Below are positions 60,358 through 64,000 of a stretch of DNA of 64,000 nucleotides, one piece after another; the first letter of the stretch is position 1; each line of letters begins with the position of its first letter. The DNA is from a virus (lineage: Duplodnaviria > Caudoviricetes): the IMG/VR virus record IMGVR_UViG_3300012979_000036, positions 1 to 64,000 of that record, one strand, 5' to 3'. Below the pieces are notes generated by a model. The model was not told the origin of the DNA. It did no database searches and saw only the letters and a program-made list of their open reading frames with translations. A program made the position numbers and the translations under genes.

Positions 60358-61029
60358 TTATTTTTGTATAATTGTTTTAGAGGCTATCGCTAAAGCTACA
60401 GCTCTATCTAAAATTCTATTATGTAATCCTTCATGAAGGACACATTCTGTTTTTACTTCAATTCCATTAATAGAAAGATTTTCTAAATTTATAAGAACTA
60501 TAGGAGAAGGAGTTTTTAAATAATTTAAAAAATAAGAACCATCTTTAATATCTTTTCCTATAATATAAACACTATCTTCATTATCTACTCTTAAACATTT
60601 ATTAATGTTAAACTTAAATGGATTTTGAAGAGTTTTATATAAAAAATCTCTATTAATAGGAACTATTAATCTTTCACCAGTATTTAGTTTTAAACTCTCA
60701 TAAGTTATAAACCAAACATCTTCTGGTAGATTAAATTTTAGTCTGTCATATCCAGAAAAAGAATCTTTTGTAGGATTATCTATAGTTTCTTCTTTATTTA
60801 AACTACTTAAATATCTACGTACTTCTTCTGTTTGCTCATATGTATTATTACCTGTATTACCTGTATAATAAGTTAATAGTATTTCTTCTTGAGCTTTTGT
60901 TAGAAAAACAGACTTTTCATATTCATCAAAAGTCAAATCTACTGAAGAAAAATCATTACCGAATTCAGGACTGTATTTATAAGAGGCTAATAATACATCA
61001 AATGCATTACTAAATTCTTCACAAGTCAT
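60358..61029 (-). CDS. Head-tail ring protein (paralog of the next gene)
   Basis: EEFSNAFDVL...EYEKSVFLTKAQ...LHNRILDRAVALA. Confidence 0.7.
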   Translation of the reverse strand: MTCEEFSNAFDVLLASYKYSPEFGNDFSSVDLTFDEYEKSVFLTKAQEEILLTYYTGNTGNNTYEQTEEVRRYLSSLNKEETIDNPTKDSFSGYDRLKFNLPEDVWFITYESLKLNTGERLIVPINRDFLYKTLQNPFKFNINKCLRVDNEDSVYIIGKDIKDGSYFLNYLKTPSPIVLINLENLSINGIEVKTECVLHEGLHNRILDRAVALAIASKTIIQK

Positions 61030-62006
61030 TATTCACTTCTATTACCTAGTTCTACAGCAGATGTTACATCTCCAGTATAAGCAGCCTTAGCTAATTCAAC
61101 AGCTCTTTGAAGTATTTCTTGATGTAATATTGGATCTAACTCACAAGTAGTTTCGGTACTAACACCGTCAATAGTTAATCCTTCACTTCCAAGATTTTCA
61201 AGTATAATAGGTCTTGGGCGTCTTACATATCTAATGATATAACTACCTATAGTATCATTAGGTCCTGGGACAATCTGAACTACTGAAGTTGTAGCAGAAA
61301 CTGTAGTTGTGATATAGCCTTTCATAGTGTCTGTAGCTGTAATACCATCTGTTGGTAAAGTACTTGATAAAGTACCATCGGCTTTAAGATATTGCCCATC
61401 AACAGTTATTCTTTCTACATTACTATCGGTTTTAGTGCTTATAGTTTTACCGTTTATAAGATTGTATATTTCAGTAAAACTTTTAGATACACTAGCATCT
61501 AAAGCTGCAGCCAAATTACCATAATCAGTATAAGTATAAGAAACACCCTCACCACTAGTAATTAATCTCCAAGCTTGATTTTTAAGAGGCCTTCTAAATG
61601 GTTTAGACATTAGTTTATTATACTCATCATAACTGAGTGGTAATATAACTAGTCTAACTAAACTACCTTTACGAGTTACATCTACAAACTCATTAATGTA
61701 TAATAGAATATCAGAAGGTATTGAATAATAACCTACGTTACTAGCTCCGTGTAAATTAACTGAAGCTGTTACAGCAGTACAACTAGTTGTTTTCATAAGC
61801 ATTGAAAAGTCCATCTGTCTTTTAGGACTATCATCAAAACCTTCTTGATACTTATTACCTTTAGGATTGAAATAATTTTTAATTATTTCGCTTTGAGCTT
61901 TAGTTAAGAAAATACTCTTTTCGTATTCTGTTAATCCTGGAGCTTGACCACTAGAAATATTATCGTATAGAACATCAAATTCTGTTGAAAATTCTTGAGT
62001 AGTCAT
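61029..62006 (-). CDS. Head-tail ring protein with an internal insertion
   Basis: QEFSTEFDVL...EYEKSIFLTKAQ...LHQEILQRAVELA. Confidence 0.7.
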   Translation of the reverse strand: MTTQEFSTEFDVLYDNISSGQAPGLTEYEKSIFLTKAQSEIIKNYFNPKGNKYQEGFDDSPKRQMDFSMLMKTTSCTAVTASVNLHGASNVGYYSIPSDILLYINEFVDVTRKGSLVRLVILPLSYDEYNKLMSKPFRRPLKNQAWRLITSGEGVSYTYTDYGNLAAALDASVSKSFTEIYNLINGKTISTKTDSNVERITVDGQYLKADGTLSSTLPTDGITATDTMKGYITTTVSATTSVVQIVPGPNDTIGSYIIRYVRRPRPIILENLGSEGLTIDGVSTETTCELDPILHQEILQRAVELAKAAYTGDVTSAVELGNRSE

Positions 62007-62016
62007 ATATAATGTA

Positions 62017-62904
62017 TTAATTATTCAGTTTAGCTTCTATTGAAAATTTCAATTCTTGATTCTGAGGTAAACTAAGATATTTAGCAGCTATTGTAAAAGT
62101 AGGATCTTCATTAGCATTACACATTGGAGAACCGTCTTCTCTAAAATAATAGTACTCACCTCTCTTAGAAATAAGACCTGCTTCAACAGCCTTCTTAATA
62201 AGAACCTTAGCATTAAGAAGAGGATCTGTAATTGTTTCTAAGAATAGCTTAGGATTTGAATTGATTAAATCAGCAGCTTTAGCCTGTAAGAATTCAATCT
62301 TAGTGTTATTATTAACTGGTCTACCATCAACTGTTTCAACGATACATCTAAGAACATCAAATTTATCTTTGATAGCACCAAACTCTTCATAACACTTCAT
62401 AGTGTTATTAACTCTATTTCTAGAATCACTAAACTCTTCATTAGGCTCCATTATTACATATTCATATGTAGCTTTTCTGTACTCTCTAAGATATTTCATA
62501 GAAGGAGCTACAGTTTCTTTATTTGCTAAAAGAACTTTATATTTTATGTAATCTTCTGGATTTGACAAATCAAGAATTGTGTCTTGCTTACCGAGTTTAA
62601 TCAAATAATTATCCCAATAATTATCTTTCTTATTATAAACAGAAAGACCATTTACTTCTAAACCTAAAATTTCCTCAAGATAAGACTTTTCATTATCTGT
62701 AAGAACATTTTTATAAACACCATTGCTCATTACAGGTACTGTAAAACCTCTTACAGAATTATCCATCATACCGCCAAAAGCAACATGCTTTCTATCTGTA
62801 ATATTATCATTTTCTTTAGGAACAAATCTTATGATAACCTTTTCGTTTCTCAAAGGATTAATAGGTTCGTTATTTTCAATAGAATTTTTAATTGTTTTTG
62901 CCAT
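62017..62904 (-). CDS. Conserved crAss protein downstream of the MCP
   Basis: 295 aa, LDLSNPEDYIKYKVLLAN; GGGAG SD-like site upstream. Confidence 0.65.
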   Translation of the reverse strand: MAKTIKNSIENNEPINPLRNEKVIIRFVPKENDNITDRKHVAFGGMMDNSVRGFTVPVMSNGVYKNVLTDNEKSYLEEILGLEVNGLSVYNKKDNYWDNYLIKLGKQDTILDLSNPEDYIKYKVLLANKETVAPSMKYLREYRKATYEYVIMEPNEEFSDSRNRVNNTMKCYEEFGAIKDKFDVLRCIVETVDGRPVNNNTKIEFLQAKAADLINSNPKLFLETITDPLLNAKVLIKKAVEAGLISKRGEYYYFREDGSPMCNANEDPTFTIAAKYLSLPQNQELKFSIEAKLNN

Positions 62905-62924
62905 TATTATCTTCTCCCGTTTTA

Positions 62925-62961
62925 ATTAAAAAATAAGGGTAGGTGAGAATCACCCACCCTT
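62925..62961 (-). terminator. Rho-independent terminator after the MCP
   Basis: On the - strand: AAGGGTGGGTGA-TTC-TCACCTACCCTT (one G-U pair), then ATTTTTT. Confidence 0.85.
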
Positions 62962-62967
62962 TATATT

Positions 62968-64000
62968 TTATCGAAGGATTGCAGGAATCATTCGCATAGT
63001 TCTAGTAGGATCAAGGATGCAAACACCAAGAGTTCCCATTCTATGCATTACTGCCTTATCCTCGTCAAATGACATATAAGGATTATTAGTAGAACCATTA
63101 AATGGATTTCTAATACCCCACTGATAGCCCCAATACTCAGGATTACCCTTAATAGCAGTCTTAAAGATATTAGGCTGCTCTGCAGTACCTAAATCAAAGA
63201 TGTCATATACATAAGACTGTGCTACACCACCGTTAGGATGAGTAATCTTATTACGGATTGGATCATCGTAAGCTGGATCGATTTCTACAGAAACCTTAAT
63301 ACCATTAGGTGCAATATACTTAGTAAACTGAATATTTTTAAGAGTATAGTTCTCACCATTCTTAGATACTACTCCAAGGTTGTCACCGCTATACTCAAAC
63401 TCTGACCAACCTGACATTGCAGACTTAGCAGCTCTGTTAAACTGAAGAGCACCAAACTCACCAGTTCTAATCATGAATTCTCTATCCTTGAAATCAAGTT
63501 TACCAGCAGAGAATCCTGTAAGAACTTCCTCAAGGAATGCAAGTGAGAAATGAGTATAAGGAATAATATTACCACGCTCCATCTGTGCATAGAGACCATC
63601 ACCCATACGAATTACCTCACCTGACTTACCGAAGTTAAGATACTCACCATTAGCATTTCTGTTAGAAACACCATAAGCATAAGCATTATTCTTATACTCC
63701 TGCCACTGCTTATTAAACTCGTATTCCTCATAGTGCATCCACATTGGCTGAGTTGACTTAACCATCTTACCATCAACTTCCTTAACCATTGGAACACCGA
63801 ATGCAATCTTCTTATTTAAAAGACCGCCAGAAACAGTATCTTGAATACGAATAGTAGTCCACTCATTACGCATTGAAGTAGGAGCTACATGGCGTACACC
63901 ACCAACTTTACGAGAGAGTTCCTTCTCTACTGGAGCAAAACCAACTGAGAAACGCTCACCAAGTTGAAGCAATGCACCTGGCATACCGCTAAGAGTACCA
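62968..64000 (-). CDS. Major capsid protein (crAss HK97-fold), 5' end outside the window
   Basis: The frame stays open past 63984 to the window edge (GTLSG-MPG). NEWTTIR, IRMGDG, GIRNPF and SFDEDKA motifs; strong high-expression codon bias. Confidence 0.88.
   Translation of the reverse strand, partial: GTLSGMPGALLQLGERFSVGFAPVEKELSRKVGGVRHVAPTSMRNEWTTIRIQDTVSGGLLNKKIAFGVPMVKEVDGKMVKSTQPMWMHYEEYEFNKQWQEYKNNAYAYGVSNRNANGEYLNFGKSGEVIRMGDGLYAQMERGNIIPYTHFSLAFLEEVLTGFSAGKLDFKDREFMIRTGEFGALQFNRAAKSAMSGWSEFEYSGDNLGVVSKNGENYTLKNIQFTKYIAPNGIKVSVEIDPAYDDPIRNKITHPNGGVAQSYVYDIFDLGTAEQPNIFKTAIKGNPEYWGYQWGIRNPFNGSTNNPYMSFDEDKAVMHRMGTLGVCILDPTRTMRMIPAILR

Noticed and set aside
1-64000. Stop-codon reassignment (TAG/TGA read-through), known in some crAss-like phages
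   Set aside because: Long genes are intact in code 11, and the TAG stops at 3673, 5544 and 14330 fall where the next gene overlaps. The apparent breaks in RNAP and the exonuclease are explained by introns.
1-64000. tRNA genes, CRISPR arrays, DGR/reverse transcriptase, integrase, invertible repeats
   Set aside because: The intergenic space is very small and is accounted for by terminators, promoters and introns. I saw no cloverleaf, repeat-spacer array or RT/recombinase motifs. A tRNAscan or repeat search would be needed to be certain.

Overview
This window is about 64 kb of an AT-rich crAss-like phage genome (Crassvirales), probably infecting a Bacteroidota host, in the standard genetic code. 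There are two convergent blocks that meet at a bidirectional terminator near 41.3 kb. The + strand (1-41.3 kb) begins with a replisome: SF2 helicase, DnaB, Sak4/AAA ATPase, SSB and primase. Next comes a six-gene amide/peptide-ligase cluster (ATP-grasp, unknown protein, class I GATase, COOH-NH2 ligase, class II GATase, amidoligase), then nucleases. A nucleotide-metabolism module follows: NrdD, an FTR-like Fe-S protein, NrdG, dUTPase, DUF3310, GMP reductase and ThyX, together with PolA, a retropepsin and a GroEL. The block ends with the giant RNA polymerase gene and a 1297-aa partner. The - strand (41.3-64 kb) holds virion cargo proteins, a free-standing GIY-YIG endonuclease, muzzle/tail-ring genes, an IHF-like protein, an auxiliary capsid protein and a 5'-truncated major capsid gene. 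Three group I introns, which the ORF track misses, could be resolved to their splice junctions by base-pairing. One interrupts a PD-(D/E)XK exonuclease and carries a LAGLIDADG ORF in its P1 loop. Two interrupt the RNAP gene, and the second of these cuts the catalytic DFDVD motif. The most interesting items are the amide-ligase cluster (product unknown), the redoxin-type NrdD with an embedded FTR-like gene, the three-exon RNAP and the lone GroEL. Family assignments come from recognising motifs by eye; no database searches were run.
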